Source: Acidobacteriota bacterium
GTDB taxonomy: Bacteria > Bacteroidota > Ignavibacteria > UBA10030 > UBA8401
Assembly: GCA_050258555.1 (NCBI GenBank)
Contig: JBLMZA010000129.1
Coordinates: 21,026-85,025, forward strand
Length of the DNA stretch: 64,000 bases
Reading direction: 5' to 3'
The translations under genes and the position numbers were made by a program. Below the pieces are notes generated by a model. That model saw only the letters and a program-made list of their open reading frames with translations. It made no database searches and had not been told where the DNA came from. Positions 27,248-37,829 of the stretch are shown one piece after another (the stretch's first letter is position 1; each line of letters starts with the position of its first letter).

Positions 27248-28531
27248 TCAGGATGCCGGTTCCAGCGAGAGCATGATTTCGAGTTCTTCGGTGCCGGGAA
27301 ACATATCGAAGGGGATGGCCGCGCGCAGCCGGTAGCCCGCACTCTGCCAGCGCGTGAGCTCCGATTTCAGAAGATCGATATTGCAGACGATGTGGCAGAC
27401 GCGCGCAGGCCGATAGGAGGCGAGCGCGTCGATCACGCCGGGCTTCGTGCCGCTGCGCGGCGGATCCAGAAGCACCTTGAGCGATTCTCCCTCATGCCTG
27501 ATGAAGCGCGGAAGCGTCTCCTCGCTGATGTCGCTTGCGAGATACCGCGCATGCTGGACGTGCAGCCGCGCGGCATTGGCCTTGGCGTCCTCGATCGACT
27601 CGCGCGAGAGCTCCACGCCGGTGATGCCGCGGACGCTTCCGGCCAGACAGAGCGAGAAGAGTCCGTATCCGCAATAGAGGTCATAGAGATGATCCTCCCG
27701 CGTGAGCTCCAGCGCTTCGCCGGCTTTCTTCGTGAAGAGCTCCAGGATCTGATGGTTGGTCTGTGAAAACGAAAGGGGCGAATAAAAGAACTTCCGTTCG
27801 CCGACTGTGTGGGCGATATCCGGCTTGCCGAAGAGCTTGTGGAGCACCATCTGCCGCTTCGTCTTCATCTGCGCATTGCCCGAGAGGTAGTACTTCGAGC
27901 GTTCGGGATCGATGAAGACGAAGACCGCGGCGATCGACGGCACATGCTTCGTCAGGTATTTCGAGAAGGCGGTGAACATCTGCCGGTCATGCGGCGCATA
28001 GCGCGAAGCGTTCACAATCACGGTGAACTCGCGCGCGCCTCCCTTGATGATCAGATACGTGAGCAGTCCGGCCAGATCACGGTGCTCGGGCCTGGCGATG
28101 TAGGAGGAAACGGCGCGATAGATCTCCGCGTGGCCTTCGGGCTCGATCTGGCAGGCGCCGACTTCGATGCCGTAGGTGTTCGCGCGCGACTCATCGAGTC
28201 CGAGCAGGCCGAGCGTGTACTTCGGCTTGCGGAAGAAGACTTTCCTTTTCGTGACGGTCCGGTAATGGCGCGGCTTCGGCGCGCGCACGATCGGCTCGGG
28301 CGCACCCGGCAGTCCCTCGCGCTGCCAGAACTGCCGGAGCGCATCGGTCTTCAATGCGTATTCATGCTCGTACTCGATGCGCGAGGCAAGACAGAGCTCG
28401 CAGGGCGCGCCCTGCGCCGTGCGGCATTCTCCTGCCGCGGTGGCGGCGGAGCGCGCCGGAACGCGCAGGGCTTCGGTGCGAAGCAGCATGCTGTATGCCG
28501 GATGTTCCGGGGTTTCGTTCTTCGGTGTCAT
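27248..28531 (-). CDS. rlmD: 23S rRNA (uracil-5)-methyltransferase, RlmD/TrmA family (no TRAM domain)
   Basis: SFSQTN, DLYCGYGLFSL, LDPPRSG, IVCN, FDMFPGT; N-terminal Cys cluster. Confidence 0.8.
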   Translation of the reverse strand: MTPKNETPEHPAYSMLLRTEALRVPARSAATAAGECRTAQGAPCELCLASRIEYEHEYALKTDALRQFWQREGLPGAPEPIVRAPKPRHYRTVTKRKVFFRKPKYTLGLLGLDESRANTYGIEVGACQIEPEGHAEIYRAVSSYIARPEHRDLAGLLTYLIIKGGAREFTVIVNASRYAPHDRQMFTAFSKYLTKHVPSIAAVFVFIDPERSKYYLSGNAQMKTKRQMVLHKLFGKPDIAHTVGERKFFYSPLSFSQTNHQILELFTKKAGEALELTREDHLYDLYCGYGLFSLCLAGSVRGITGVELSRESIEDAKANAARLHVQHARYLASDISEETLPRFIRHEGESLKVLLDPPRSGTKPGVIDALASYRPARVCHIVCNIDLLKSELTRWQSAGYRLRAAIPFDMFPGTEELEIMLSLEPAS

Positions 28532-28627
28532 CCTTCTAAAATACGAACCCTCTGATTGAAAACAAAACCGCAGGCTCGAGAAAAATACGATTTTTAATTC
28601 TGCGCTTTTCTTGGTACATTACGTCAA

Positions 28628-28975
28628 ATGGACTTTAAAGACATCAAAAAGATCAGGAAGAAGCTCCGGCCTTCCGCACTGGGCGAACTCGCATGGGCCA
28701 ACAAGAAAAGCACCGCCGTCGGCGCGCTCTTGTTCCTCGGACTGCTCTTCATGCTCTTCGCCGATAACGGAGTGCTCAGGCGCATGAAGCTCGAGCGCGA
28801 GCGCACGGCGCTCATGGAAAAGATCCGCATTGCCGAAGAGGAGCAGCGCATGCTCCGCAACCAGTCGCGCGCGCTCGACGGCGACCGCAAGGCGATCGAG
28901 AAGGTGGCGCGCGAAAAATACGGCATGGTCAGGCGGGGCGAAAAAGTGTACAAAATCGTTCCGAAGGCGCAATGA
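28628..28975 (+). CDS. ftsB: Septum formation initiator FtsB/DivIC family
   Basis: Single TM, coiled coil, IEKVAREKYGMVRRGE. Confidence 0.85.
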   Translation: MDFKDIKKIRKKLRPSALGELAWANKKSTAVGALLFLGLLFMLFADNGVLRRMKLERERTALMEKIRIAEEEQRMLRNQSRALDGDRKAIEKVAREKYGMVRRGEKVYKIVPKAQ

Positions 28976-30270
28976 GCAGCCCGATGCCTACAACGCCGCT
29001 GGCTGAACGCGTCCGGCCCCGCACGCTCGATGAATTCATCGGGCAGCCCCATCTGGTGGGCGAAGGCAGGCCGCTGCGCCTGATGGTGGAATCCGACGCG
29101 CTCCGCTCCTTCATATTGTGGGGACCGCCCGGCGTCGGCAAAACGACGCTCGCGCGGATCATCGCCGCGCGCACCGAATCGGAATTCTTCGCGCTCAATG
29201 CCGTCTCCTCGGGCATCAAGGATGTGCGCGAGGTGATCGCCAAGGCCGAGGACTTCCGCACGATCGGAAAAAAGACGGTCCTCTTCATCGACGAGATCCA
29301 CCGCTTCAACAAGGCCCAGCAGGACGGACTCCTTCATTCGGTCGAAAGCGGCGTCATCACGCTCATCGGCGCCACGACAGAAAATCCGTCCTTCGAAGTG
29401 ATCTCTCCGCTCTTGTCGCGTATGCGCGTCTTTGTGATGGATGCGCTCACAAAAGAGGACTGCGAGCGCATGCTGGTGCAGGCGCTGTCGGCCGATCCCG
29501 TGATCAATGCATCGACGGTCGAGATCGAGGATCCGGAGTTTCTCATTTATCTTTCGGGCGGCGACGGGCGCAAGCTCTTGAACGGACTCGAAGTCGCCTT
29601 CGGACTCGTCAGGCCCGACAGCGACGGCGTGCGGCACATCAAAAAGAAGACGCTCGAGGACGCCTTCCAGCGGCAGTATTCGCTCTACGACAAGAAGGGC
29701 GAGCAGCATTACGACATCATCTCGGCATTCATCAAGTCGCTCCGCGGATCCGATCCCGATGCGGCCGTCTACTGGCTGGCGCGCATGCTCGACGGGGGAG
29801 AGGATCCGAAGTTCATCGCCCGGCGCATGGTCATTCTCGCCTCGGAAGATGTGGGCAATGCCGATCCGGTGGGGCTCATGCTGGCCACCGACGGCTTCAC
29901 CGCGGTCGATTACGTGGGCATGCCCGAGGCCCGGATCATCCTTGCGCATGTGGCGACGTACCTTGCCTCCGCGCCCAAGAGCAACGCCTCCTATATGGCG
30001 ATCAATCAGGCGTACGAGGATGTTCGCGCGCTGCCGAATCTTCCGGTGCCGATTCATCTTCGCAACGCGCCGACCAAACTCATGAAGGAACTCGGCTACG
30101 GCGAGGCATACAAATACGCGCACGATTATCCGAACCATTTCATCGAGCAGCAGTATCTGCCGGACAAGATCCGGAACAAAGTCTATTACGAGCCGACGGA
30201 CAACGGGCGCGAAAAGTCGATACGCGAGCGCCTGGAATTTTTGTGGAAGCGCCGGCGGCCGAACACGTAA
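28972..30270 (+). CDS. rarA: Replication-associated recombination protein A (AAA+ ATPase)
   Basis: PLAERVRP, GPPGVGKTT, LFIDEIHRFNKAQQD, GATTENPSFEV, HYDIISAFIKSLRGSDPDAA. Confidence 0.96.
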   Translation: MSSPMPTTPLAERVRPRTLDEFIGQPHLVGEGRPLRLMVESDALRSFILWGPPGVGKTTLARIIAARTESEFFALNAVSSGIKDVREVIAKAEDFRTIGKKTVLFIDEIHRFNKAQQDGLLHSVESGVITLIGATTENPSFEVISPLLSRMRVFVMDALTKEDCERMLVQALSADPVINASTVEIEDPEFLIYLSGGDGRKLLNGLEVAFGLVRPDSDGVRHIKKKTLEDAFQRQYSLYDKKGEQHYDIISAFIKSLRGSDPDAAVYWLARMLDGGEDPKFIARRMVILASEDVGNADPVGLMLATDGFTAVDYVGMPEARIILAHVATYLASAPKSNASYMAINQAYEDVRALPNLPVPIHLRNAPTKLMKELGYGEAYKYAHDYPNHFIEQQYLPDKIRNKVYYEPTDNGREKSIRERLEFLWKRRRPNT

Positions 30271-30328
30271 CCTATGTGTTGTGCATCACTTCACGGTTGA
30301 AGCATCGCGCAGAGAAAGGATTGTGAGA

Positions 30329-31276
30329 ATGAATAACAAACTTGTCGTGGGCGTCGATCTCGGCGGCACGACGGTCAAGACCGGCCTTATCACGCGCTCG
30401 GGAGAGATCCTTGCGCTTTCCAAGCTCCCGACACTGGCCGACGACGGACCGAAAGCCGTATTGGGGCAGATCCGCAAATCGATCGAAGAGGTGATCGCGC
30501 ATGCGGGACCGGCCGAAGTCACCGGCATCGGCATCGGCTCTCCCGGCATCATCGAGAAGAACGGCATCGTGAAGGCGCCGCCGAACTTCAGGAATTGGAC
30601 TTCCATCCCCATGGCCGATGAGATCTCCTTTGCCATGAAGATCCACACCGAAGTCGACAACGATGCGAACACGGCCGCGATCGCCGAATCGAAATTCGGC
30701 GCGGGCCGCGAATTCCCGAACTTCCTGTTCATCATCTGGGGCACGGGCGTCGGCGGCGGCATCATCATGAACGGACAGATCTACCGCGGGCCGCACGGCG
30801 GCGCGGGCGAAGTCGGACACATCTCGATCGATCACAACGGCCCCGTCTGCAACTGCGGATCGCGCGGATGCGTCGAGGCCTACGTCGGGCAGCGCTACCT
30901 GTCGGCCCGGACGGCCGAGAAACTGAAGTCGCATCCCGAATCGAAGATCAACGAACTCATCGGCGGCGATCTCTCGAAGGTCGAGCCGCTCTATATCAGT
31001 CAGGCGGCGCACGAAGGAGATCCTCTGGCGCGCGAAATCTTCACCGAAGCCGGCCGGCTTCTGGGCGTGATGATCGGCGGCGTGATGAACACGCTCGACT
31101 ACCGCATCACGATCGTTGGCGGCGGCGTGTCGGCCGCAGGCCAGTTCGTGTTCGATGCGATCACCGAGTCGGCGAAAGCCTCCGTCCAGGCTCCGCTCAA
31201 GGCGGGCATCCGCGTCATTCCCGCACAGCTCGGCAACACGGCAGGCATGCTCGGCGCGGCCGGACTCGTCCTGTAA
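30329..31276 (+). CDS. ROK-family sugar kinase (glucokinase-like)
   Basis: GVDLGGT, DNDANTAA, GTGVGGG, GEVGH, CNCGSRGCVEAY. Confidence 0.92.
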   Translation: MNNKLVVGVDLGGTTVKTGLITRSGEILALSKLPTLADDGPKAVLGQIRKSIEEVIAHAGPAEVTGIGIGSPGIIEKNGIVKAPPNFRNWTSIPMADEISFAMKIHTEVDNDANTAAIAESKFGAGREFPNFLFIIWGTGVGGGIIMNGQIYRGPHGGAGEVGHISIDHNGPVCNCGSRGCVEAYVGQRYLSARTAEKLKSHPESKINELIGGDLSKVEPLYISQAAHEGDPLAREIFTEAGRLLGVMIGGVMNTLDYRITIVGGGVSAAGQFVFDAITESAKASVQAPLKAGIRVIPAQLGNTAGMLGAAGLVL

Positions 31277-31390
31277 ACCGTCAGAAAGTTTTTTTCGAGA
31301 ATGGCTCCACTGCGACATACGTCTGCCCATACACACGGAGGATCCCGCTTGTGCGCCCGGATCCCTGGCAGGCGTGCGTCCGGAGCTCTC

Positions 31391-33946
31391 ATGCGCTTGT
31401 GCCTTCTTCTTGTGCTTGCCGCTTCCGCGCTTGCTGCGCAGCAGCCCGACTCGCTGCGCCAGCGCTCCGGATCCGCCGATACGCTTTCTCTTTCGGCGCG
31501 CGATACGACGGCGAAGTCTGCAAGCGGCATCGATTCGGCCGTTGCCTACACATCGGCCGACTCGATCGTCTTCAATTACAATTCGAAGGTGATGAGCCTC
31601 TACGGCAAGGGCGATGTGAAGTACAAGACGATGGCGCTGAAATCGGAGCGCATCGAGGTCGAAATGAACGACGACAGGCTCGAGGCCTACGGCGTGCTCG
31701 ATTCATCGAAGGCCACGAATCCCGATTCGATCCGGCAGCGCTACATCGGCACGCCGGTCATGGTCGACGGAAGCGAAACCTACGAGGGATTCAGGATCGC
31801 CTACAACTTCAAGACGCAGAAAGGGCGCATCACGCTCGGAGAGACGGCCAAGGATCAGGGCTATTACTACGGCGGGCACATCAAGAAGGTCGAGCCCGAT
31901 GTGCTCTTCATCGCCGACGGGCGCTTCACCACCTGCAGCCTCGGGCATCCGCATTATTTCTTTCTGAGTCCCGAGATGCGCGTGACGGTCAAGGACAAGA
32001 TCGTGGCGCGTCCGATCTATCTCTATATCTCCGATGTCCCCTTGTTTGCACTGCCCTTCGGGGTCTTCCCGAGCCAGGGCGGGCGGCGTTCGGGCATCAT
32101 CGCCCCGGCCTACGGCGACGACAATCAGCGCGGGCGCTACCTCTCGCACTTCGGCTATTACTTCGCGCTCTCCGATTATTACGATCTTGCGCTTTCCGGC
32201 GACTGGTATACGAACGGATCATGGAGCGCGATGCCCCGCTTCCGCTATGCGAAGCGCTACGACTTCAGCGGAGATCTGAGCTTCGTTTACTCGCGCTACA
32301 GAACCGGCGAGGAGTCCGATCCCGACCGCAGGGACGAGCAGTACTACAACGCCTCGATCGTGCACAATCAGCAGTTCAATCCCACGACCAGGCTCGATGT
32401 CAACTTCACGTTCGCCTCTTCCAACTCGTTTCTTGCCACGCCGGACAACTATGCATGGCGGCTCAACCAGAATGTGACATCGAACGCCACGCTGAGCAAA
32501 TCGTGGGAAGGCACGAACAACTCGATGCTCATCAACGTGAATCAGACGCAGGATCTGCGTCTCGGCAATATGACATCGACGCTTCCCTCGATCTCCTTCT
32601 CGCATGCGCAGAGTTTTCCCTTCCGCTCATCGCGCCGTGCGCGCTCCGAAGCGGGTTACTCGTGGTATGAAATGATCGGCGTCTCCTATCAGGGCGTTGC
32701 GCAGCATGCGGAATCGAAAACGCGCTCCATCGACACGGCCGCCTTCACCCGGCTTAACAGAAACGGCGCCCAGCATTCGATCGGCATTTCCTATGCGCCC
32801 AAAGCCGGATACTTCACAATCACCCCGCAGTTTTCCTATCAGGAACGGTGGTATGACAAGAGCCGGCGCGTGACGGGACTCGACACCTCGGGCCTTCCGG
32901 TCTATGAAGACGTCAAGGGATTCAACGCCGTGCGCACGTTTCAGACAGGCGTTTCCGTCTCGACGAAACTCTACGGCATGATGCGCTCGCCCGTTGCGGG
33001 CATCGAAGGCTTCCGGCACACGCTGCAGCCGGCGGTGTCGTATGTGTTCACGCCCGATTTTTCAAAGCCGTTCTGGGGCTATTGGGGCTCATACACGGAC
33101 AAGCACGGCGTGCTCAAGCGCTATGACCGGTTTGATGGTGCGCTCTATGGCGGTGCGCCATCGGGCGAGTCGCAGGCGATCAATGTGAGTGTCACGAATC
33201 TCTTCGAGATGAAGACCGCGCCGCGCGACACAGCGGTGAAGCCCGAGAAGTATCAGCTCCTGAATCTGACGGCATCGACCGGATACAATTTCGCGGCCGA
33301 GCGCCTGAATCTCCAGCCGCTTTCGATTTTCTACCGCACGAGCATCGGACAGGTGCTCGATATCTCCGGATCGAACACGTACGATTTCTACATGTACGAC
33401 CGCGCCTCGAACGCGCGCATCAACAAGCTGCTGTTTAAAAACACGGGGCGCATCGCCGATCTCACAAGCTTCACGCTCAATATTTCCACATCGCTCAAAG
33501 GCGAGAAGCGCCGGGCTGAAACTCCCGAACAGGCTTCGGATTCGATCCGCGTGGAGGAGCAGCGCCGGAGCCGGCAAAGCGGCGTGCACGAGCTCTACAT
33601 GGACGACGTGCCGGATTTTTCCATCCCCTGGAATCTCACGGCCGCCTTCTCCTATTCGCTCTCGCAGTATGATCCCACGCGGCCCGTGCGCTCGGCCAGC
33701 CTCATGCTCAACGGCGGATTCAACCTCACGGAAAACTGGCGCTTCACCGTCTCGACCAACTACGATCTCATCACGCGCCAGTTCGCCGCGCCCTCGATCA
33801 ACATCTTCCGCGATCTCCACTGCTGGGAGATGAACTTCAACTGGCGTCCTTCCGGAACGATGGCCGGCTACCGCCTGGAAATCCGCGTGAAGGCGCCGCA
33901 ATTGCAGGATGTGAAGGTGACGAAGCAGTCGCTCGGCGGCTTCTGA
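31391..33946 (+). CDS. lptD: LPS-assembly protein LptD (Bacteroidota type)
   Basis: Signal peptide; YTSADSI, FTTC...HPHY, PLFALPFGVFP, SGIIAPAYG, RDLHCWEMNFNW. Confidence 0.88.
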   Translation: MRLCLLLVLAASALAAQQPDSLRQRSGSADTLSLSARDTTAKSASGIDSAVAYTSADSIVFNYNSKVMSLYGKGDVKYKTMALKSERIEVEMNDDRLEAYGVLDSSKATNPDSIRQRYIGTPVMVDGSETYEGFRIAYNFKTQKGRITLGETAKDQGYYYGGHIKKVEPDVLFIADGRFTTCSLGHPHYFFLSPEMRVTVKDKIVARPIYLYISDVPLFALPFGVFPSQGGRRSGIIAPAYGDDNQRGRYLSHFGYYFALSDYYDLALSGDWYTNGSWSAMPRFRYAKRYDFSGDLSFVYSRYRTGEESDPDRRDEQYYNASIVHNQQFNPTTRLDVNFTFASSNSFLATPDNYAWRLNQNVTSNATLSKSWEGTNNSMLINVNQTQDLRLGNMTSTLPSISFSHAQSFPFRSSRRARSEAGYSWYEMIGVSYQGVAQHAESKTRSIDTAAFTRLNRNGAQHSIGISYAPKAGYFTITPQFSYQERWYDKSRRVTGLDTSGLPVYEDVKGFNAVRTFQTGVSVSTKLYGMMRSPVAGIEGFRHTLQPAVSYVFTPDFSKPFWGYWGSYTDKHGVLKRYDRFDGALYGGAPSGESQAINVSVTNLFEMKTAPRDTAVKPEKYQLLNLTASTGYNFAAERLNLQPLSIFYRTSIGQVLDISGSNTYDFYMYDRASNARINKLLFKNTGRIADLTSFTLNISTSLKGEKRRAETPEQASDSIRVEEQRRSRQSGVHELYMDDVPDFSIPWNLTAAFSYSLSQYDPTRPVRSASLMLNGGFNLTENWRFTVSTNYDLITRQFAAPSINIFRDLHCWEMNFNWRPSGTMAGYRLEIRVKAPQLQDVKVTKQSLGGF

Positions 33947-34049
33947 CGCGTCACGGGGCGAGCAAAGCATTCCTTCGCGGGGAAACGTTTCGCCTTCCCC
34001 CAGCGTTCAAGTTTCTATACCCACGAAGATGTGAAAGCGACGAACGAGT

Positions 34050-35942
34050 ATGTCCAACCGATTGCAGTACGAGCAGTCTCCCTATCTGCTTCAGCACGCC
34101 GAAAATCCCGTCGACTGGTATCCCTGGGGCCCCGAGGCCTTCGAGCGGGCCAGGCGCGAAGACAAGCCGATCTTTCTCTCGATCGGATATTCCACCTGCC
34201 ACTGGTGCCATGTGATGGAGCGCGAATCGTTCGAGAACGCGGACGTGGCGCGGATCCTGAACGAGTTCTATGTGCCCGTCAAGGTCGACCGCGAAGAGCG
34301 GCCCGATCTCGACCGCATCTACATGTCGGCCGTGCAGGCGATGACCGGCAGCGGCGGATGGCCCATGTCGATGTTCCTGACCCCGGAACTGGCGCCGTTC
34401 TACGGCGGCACATATTATCCGCCGGAGGATCTGCCGCAGCGGCCGGGATTCAAGACGGTGCTCGAGCGCATTCATCAGTTCTGGATCGAGGAGAAGGAGA
34501 AGGCGGTCGAATCGGCCGGGCAGCTTATCGACATTCTCAATGAAGAGCGCGCGGGCGATCCGCTCGGCGCCGATCCGACTCCGGCATTGATGGATGCGGC
34601 CTATCAGGCGCTCGAAGCGAGCTATGATCCCTCGAATGCCGGCTTCGGCACCGGCGCGAAGTTTCCGCGCCCGGTCGTCTTCGCCTTTCTCTTCCGCTAT
34701 TACCGCCGCACGAAACAGGAGAAGGCGCTCGAGATGACGCTTGCCACGCTTGTGGCGATGGCCAGCGGCGGCATGTACGACCATATCGGCGGAGGCTTCC
34801 ACCGCTACACGGTCGATCCTGAATGGCGCGTGCCGCATTTCGAAAAAATGCTCTACGACCAGGCGCAGCTCGTGCATGCGTATGTGGACGCCTTTGCGCT
34901 CACGCGCGACGGATTGTTCGAGGCCGCGGCCCGTGAGACGCTCGAGTATGTGCTGCGCGACCTGAAGAACGAGGAGGGGGGATTTTTTTCGGCCGAGGAT
35001 GCCGACAGCCGCGAGCATGCCGATTCGCCGGAGGCGAAGGAAGGCGCGTTCTATGTGTGGACGAAAGAAGAGATCGATCGTGTGCTGAGCCCGGAGGAGT
35101 CGCGCGTTGTGACGGCCTATTACTCTATTAAGGAGGAAGGAAACGTGCAGAGCGATCCGCACGGTGAATTCAGCGGAAAGAATATCCTTTCATCGCTCTT
35201 TACGATCGATGAAGTGGCGGAAGAACTCGGACTGGATCCGCAGGAAACAGAAACGCTGCTTGAGGCGGCCAAAGCGAAGCTCCTGGAAGCGCGCGCAGCG
35301 CGGCCGCGCCCGTTTCTCGACGACAAATCGATCGCCGCCTGGAACGGGCTCATGATTTCGGCATTGGCCAAGGCCTCGCGCGTGCTGGAAGACGCGCGCT
35401 TGCTCGAGGCTGCGGCCGCCGGGGCGCGCTTTCTCATCCGCTCGCTCTATAATCCGGAGGACAAGACGCTCCGGCGCGTCTGGAGAAAAGGGCGGGCATA
35501 CGCCGAGGCCCATCTTGAGGATTATGCCGCGGTGATCGACGGCCTGCTCGAATTGCATCTGGCCGGCGGCGGCGAAGAATGGCTTCAACTGGCGCAAAAG
35601 CTCTCATCGACCGAGGAAGCGCTCTTTTGGGATGCGGCCGAGGGCGGATTCTTTGAAACCTCGGGCCGCGACCGGTCGGTGCTCGTGCGGATGAAGGAGA
35701 TGTATGACGGAGCCGAGCCGGCCGGCAATTCGATGGCGGCCATGAACCTGCTCCGGCTCTCGCGCCTGACGCAGATGCCGGCATACCAGATGCAGGCGCG
35801 CAAGACGCTGCGCTCCGCATGCGCGCGGATCGCCCTTTTTCCGCAGATGATGCCCATGATGATGTGCGCGGTGGACGCATGGCTCTCGCCGGGAGAGTTT
35901 TCCTGCACGCCCGAGGGATGCGCGCTGCCGGAGGGAAAATGA
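34050..35942 (+). CDS. YyaL/SPATA20-like thioredoxin-domain (DUF255) six-hairpin protein
   Basis: [58 protein letters not shown]. Confidence 0.93.
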   Translation: MSNRLQYEQSPYLLQHAENPVDWYPWGPEAFERARREDKPIFLSIGYSTCHWCHVMERESFENADVARILNEFYVPVKVDREERPDLDRIYMSAVQAMTGSGGWPMSMFLTPELAPFYGGTYYPPEDLPQRPGFKTVLERIHQFWIEEKEKAVESAGQLIDILNEERAGDPLGADPTPALMDAAYQALEASYDPSNAGFGTGAKFPRPVVFAFLFRYYRRTKQEKALEMTLATLVAMASGGMYDHIGGGFHRYTVDPEWRVPHFEKMLYDQAQLVHAYVDAFALTRDGLFEAAARETLEYVLRDLKNEEGGFFSAEDADSREHADSPEAKEGAFYVWTKEEIDRVLSPEESRVVTAYYSIKEEGNVQSDPHGEFSGKNILSSLFTIDEVAEELGLDPQETETLLEAAKAKLLEARAARPRPFLDDKSIAAWNGLMISALAKASRVLEDARLLEAAAAGARFLIRSLYNPEDKTLRRVWRKGRAYAEAHLEDYAAVIDGLLELHLAGGGEEWLQLAQKLSSTEEALFWDAAEGGFFETSGRDRSVLVRMKEMYDGAEPAGNSMAAMNLLRLSRLTQMPAYQMQARKTLRSACARIALFPQMMPMMMCAVDAWLSPGEFSCTPEGCALPEGK

Positions 35943-35959
35943 ACTTACACAGTGCAGAA

Positions 35960-36100
35960 AAAAAAGATTTTTTTGACAACTGTCGACAAAAAATTATTTG
36001 CTTTTATTTGAAAAAATACAGAAATTGTTAATTGCAGGGACGAGTGTGCTTAAGAATGCGTTTATTTGACAAGAAAACTGCCTGTTTTTCTACACTACAG
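35960..36100 (+). promoter_or_regulatory. AT-rich promoter region of the STAS-exbB operon
   Basis: Sharp AT enrichment; TTGACA at 35973 and 36066, TACACT at 36091; TTATTTG repeated at 35994, 36004 and 36062. Confidence 0.45.
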
Positions 36101-36135
36101 CATGAATTCCTTCCACGAGCAAGGAGAATAACGGA

Positions 36136-36477
36136 ATGAAAGTTAGAACGGAGATGAAAGGCGAAATCGCGGTCCTCGCCCCCAAGGGATCGCTGGTGGG
36201 AGGGGAAGAGACCGATGAACTGCGTGCCGCAGTCGCCCAGCTCATCGAAAAAGGAAATAAGAAATTGATCGTCGATCTTGGCGGTGTCGATTACATGAAT
36301 TCGACCGCGATCGGCGCGCTGGTCTCGGCCCATACTTCCTATGCGAACCGGTCGGGCAGCATGATCCTCTGCAATGTGAACAAAAAGATCTCCAATATCT
36401 TCATTGTGACAAAACTCTCGATGATCTTCCAGATAGAAACCGATCTAGCCGAAGCAGAACTCTCGTTAACAAAGTAA
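36136..36477 (+). CDS. STAS-domain anti-sigma-factor antagonist
   Basis: IVDLGGVDYMNSTAIGALV with conserved phospho-Ser position; AAGGAG RBS. Confidence 0.9.
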   Translation: MKVRTEMKGEIAVLAPKGSLVGGEETDELRAAVAQLIEKGNKKLIVDLGGVDYMNSTAIGALVSAHTSYANRSGSMILCNVNKKISNIFIVTKLSMIFQIETDLAEAELSLTK

Positions 36478-36538
36478 ACCAAAGTAGAAAATCGTAGTTA
36501 ATCTTTTATAATTTCCATTATCAACAAGGAGCAGTTTT

Positions 36539-37285
36539 ATGAAACAGGGTATTTTCAACACCATGGTCTTTGTGATCGCATTCGCCATCGGTTTCACGAT
36601 TTATTATATGGTGTTCGGAACAGCACCGAAAGAGAGCATTCTCCACGATATGTATGCCGGCGGTCCTCTGGTGGCGTGCCTCATGGGTTTGTCGATCATG
36701 GTGTTGACGTACGTCGTCGAGCGTCTGTTGTCGCTTCGCAAAGCGCAGGGAAAAGCGGCTCTCCCGAAGTTCCTCACTGTGCTGGTGAAGCATGTGAATG
36801 ACGGCGATATCACGAAGGCGGTTGCGGCATGCGATGCACAGCGCGGTTCGCTGGCGAACATCGTCCGCTCGGGTCTTGCACGCTTCAGCGAAGTGCGCGC
36901 CGCAAAGGACATGGACAAGAAGGACAAGATGGCCGAAGTCAAGCGCGTCATCGAAGAAGCCACAATGCTTGAAATGCCGATTCTCGAAAAGAACCTCATC
37001 GCCCTCTCGACGATCGCATCGATCTCGACCATGGTCGGTCTTCTCGGAACGGTTATCGGTATGATTCGTTCGTTCGCGGCTCTTGCCCGTGCAGGCTCGG
37101 CCGACGCCGTCGGTCTGTCGCGCGGTATCTCCGAAGCGCTCTTCAACACGGCAGGCGGTATCGCCATCGCCATCGCGGCCATCGTTGCCTACAACTTCTT
37201 CACCACGAAGATCGACGGCATGACATACATGATCGATGAGGCGAGCAAGGACATCCTCGAGAACCTCCAGTCCAAAGCCGAATAA
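36539..37285 (+). CDS. exbB: MotA/TolQ/ExbB proton channel protein
   Basis: STMVGLLGTVIGMIRSF, GISEALFNTAGGI. Confidence 0.93.
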   Translation: MKQGIFNTMVFVIAFAIGFTIYYMVFGTAPKESILHDMYAGGPLVACLMGLSIMVLTYVVERLLSLRKAQGKAALPKFLTVLVKHVNDGDITKAVAACDAQRGSLANIVRSGLARFSEVRAAKDMDKKDKMAEVKRVIEEATMLEMPILEKNLIALSTIASISTMVGLLGTVIGMIRSFAALARAGSADAVGLSRGISEALFNTAGGIAIAIAAIVAYNFFTTKIDGMTYMIDEASKDILENLQSKAE

Positions 37286-37291
37286 TTTTTC

Positions 37292-37325
37292 AGGGACCGG
37301 CCGCCCGGCGGCCGTCCCTTTTTTT
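37292..37325 (+). terminator. Intrinsic terminator-like hairpin between exbB and exbD
   Basis: AGGGA-C-CGGCCGC-ccg-GCGGCCG-TCCCT followed by a T run. Confidence 0.75.
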
Positions 37326-37350
37326 AGGAAATGCCATTTAAGAGAGACTT

Positions 37351-37809
37351 ATGTCTAAAAAAAGAGTTGGTGTTAAACAGGATATGACGCCGATGGTGGA
37401 CGTCGGCTTCCTGCTCTTGACGTTCTTCATGCTGACGACGCAGTTCAAGCCTGAAGATGCGATCGAGGTCAGCCTGCCCGAGTCGCACTCGGCATTCAAG
37501 CTTCCCGATGCCGACGTGATCACGATCTCGATCGGCAAGGATGGCAGGACATTTCTCGGTTTCGACTCGCAGATCATGCGCTCCAACATCTTCGGCGAGC
37601 AGAACAGGCTGAAGGCCGGCATGGAAGTGCAGCCGGATATGGATCACCTCGGCCAGCTGCTGATCCGCGCCCGCACGATGAACCCGAAACTGAGAACAGT
37701 GATCAAATCGGACAAGGACACGGAGTATGAAGTGGTCGAGCGCGTCATGTCGCTGCTTCAGAAGGTCAACATCACACGCTTCAACCTTGTCACGAATCAA
37801 GCAAAATAA
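37351..37809 (+). CDS. exbD: Biopolymer transporter ExbD (paralog 1)
   Basis: DMTPMVDVGFLLLTFFMLTT with essential TM Asp. Confidence 0.93.
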   Translation: MSKKRVGVKQDMTPMVDVGFLLLTFFMLTTQFKPEDAIEVSLPESHSAFKLPDADVITISIGKDGRTFLGFDSQIMRSNIFGEQNRLKAGMEVQPDMDHLGQLLIRARTMNPKLRTVIKSDKDTEYEVVERVMSLLQKVNITRFNLVTNQAK

Positions 37810-37829
37810 AATTTTGAAGGATATAAATC

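Noticed and set aside
30868-32670. 600-aa alternative-frame ORF over the ROK kinase and lptD
   Set aside because: Arg-rich off-frame product of GC bias; real genes occupy the region
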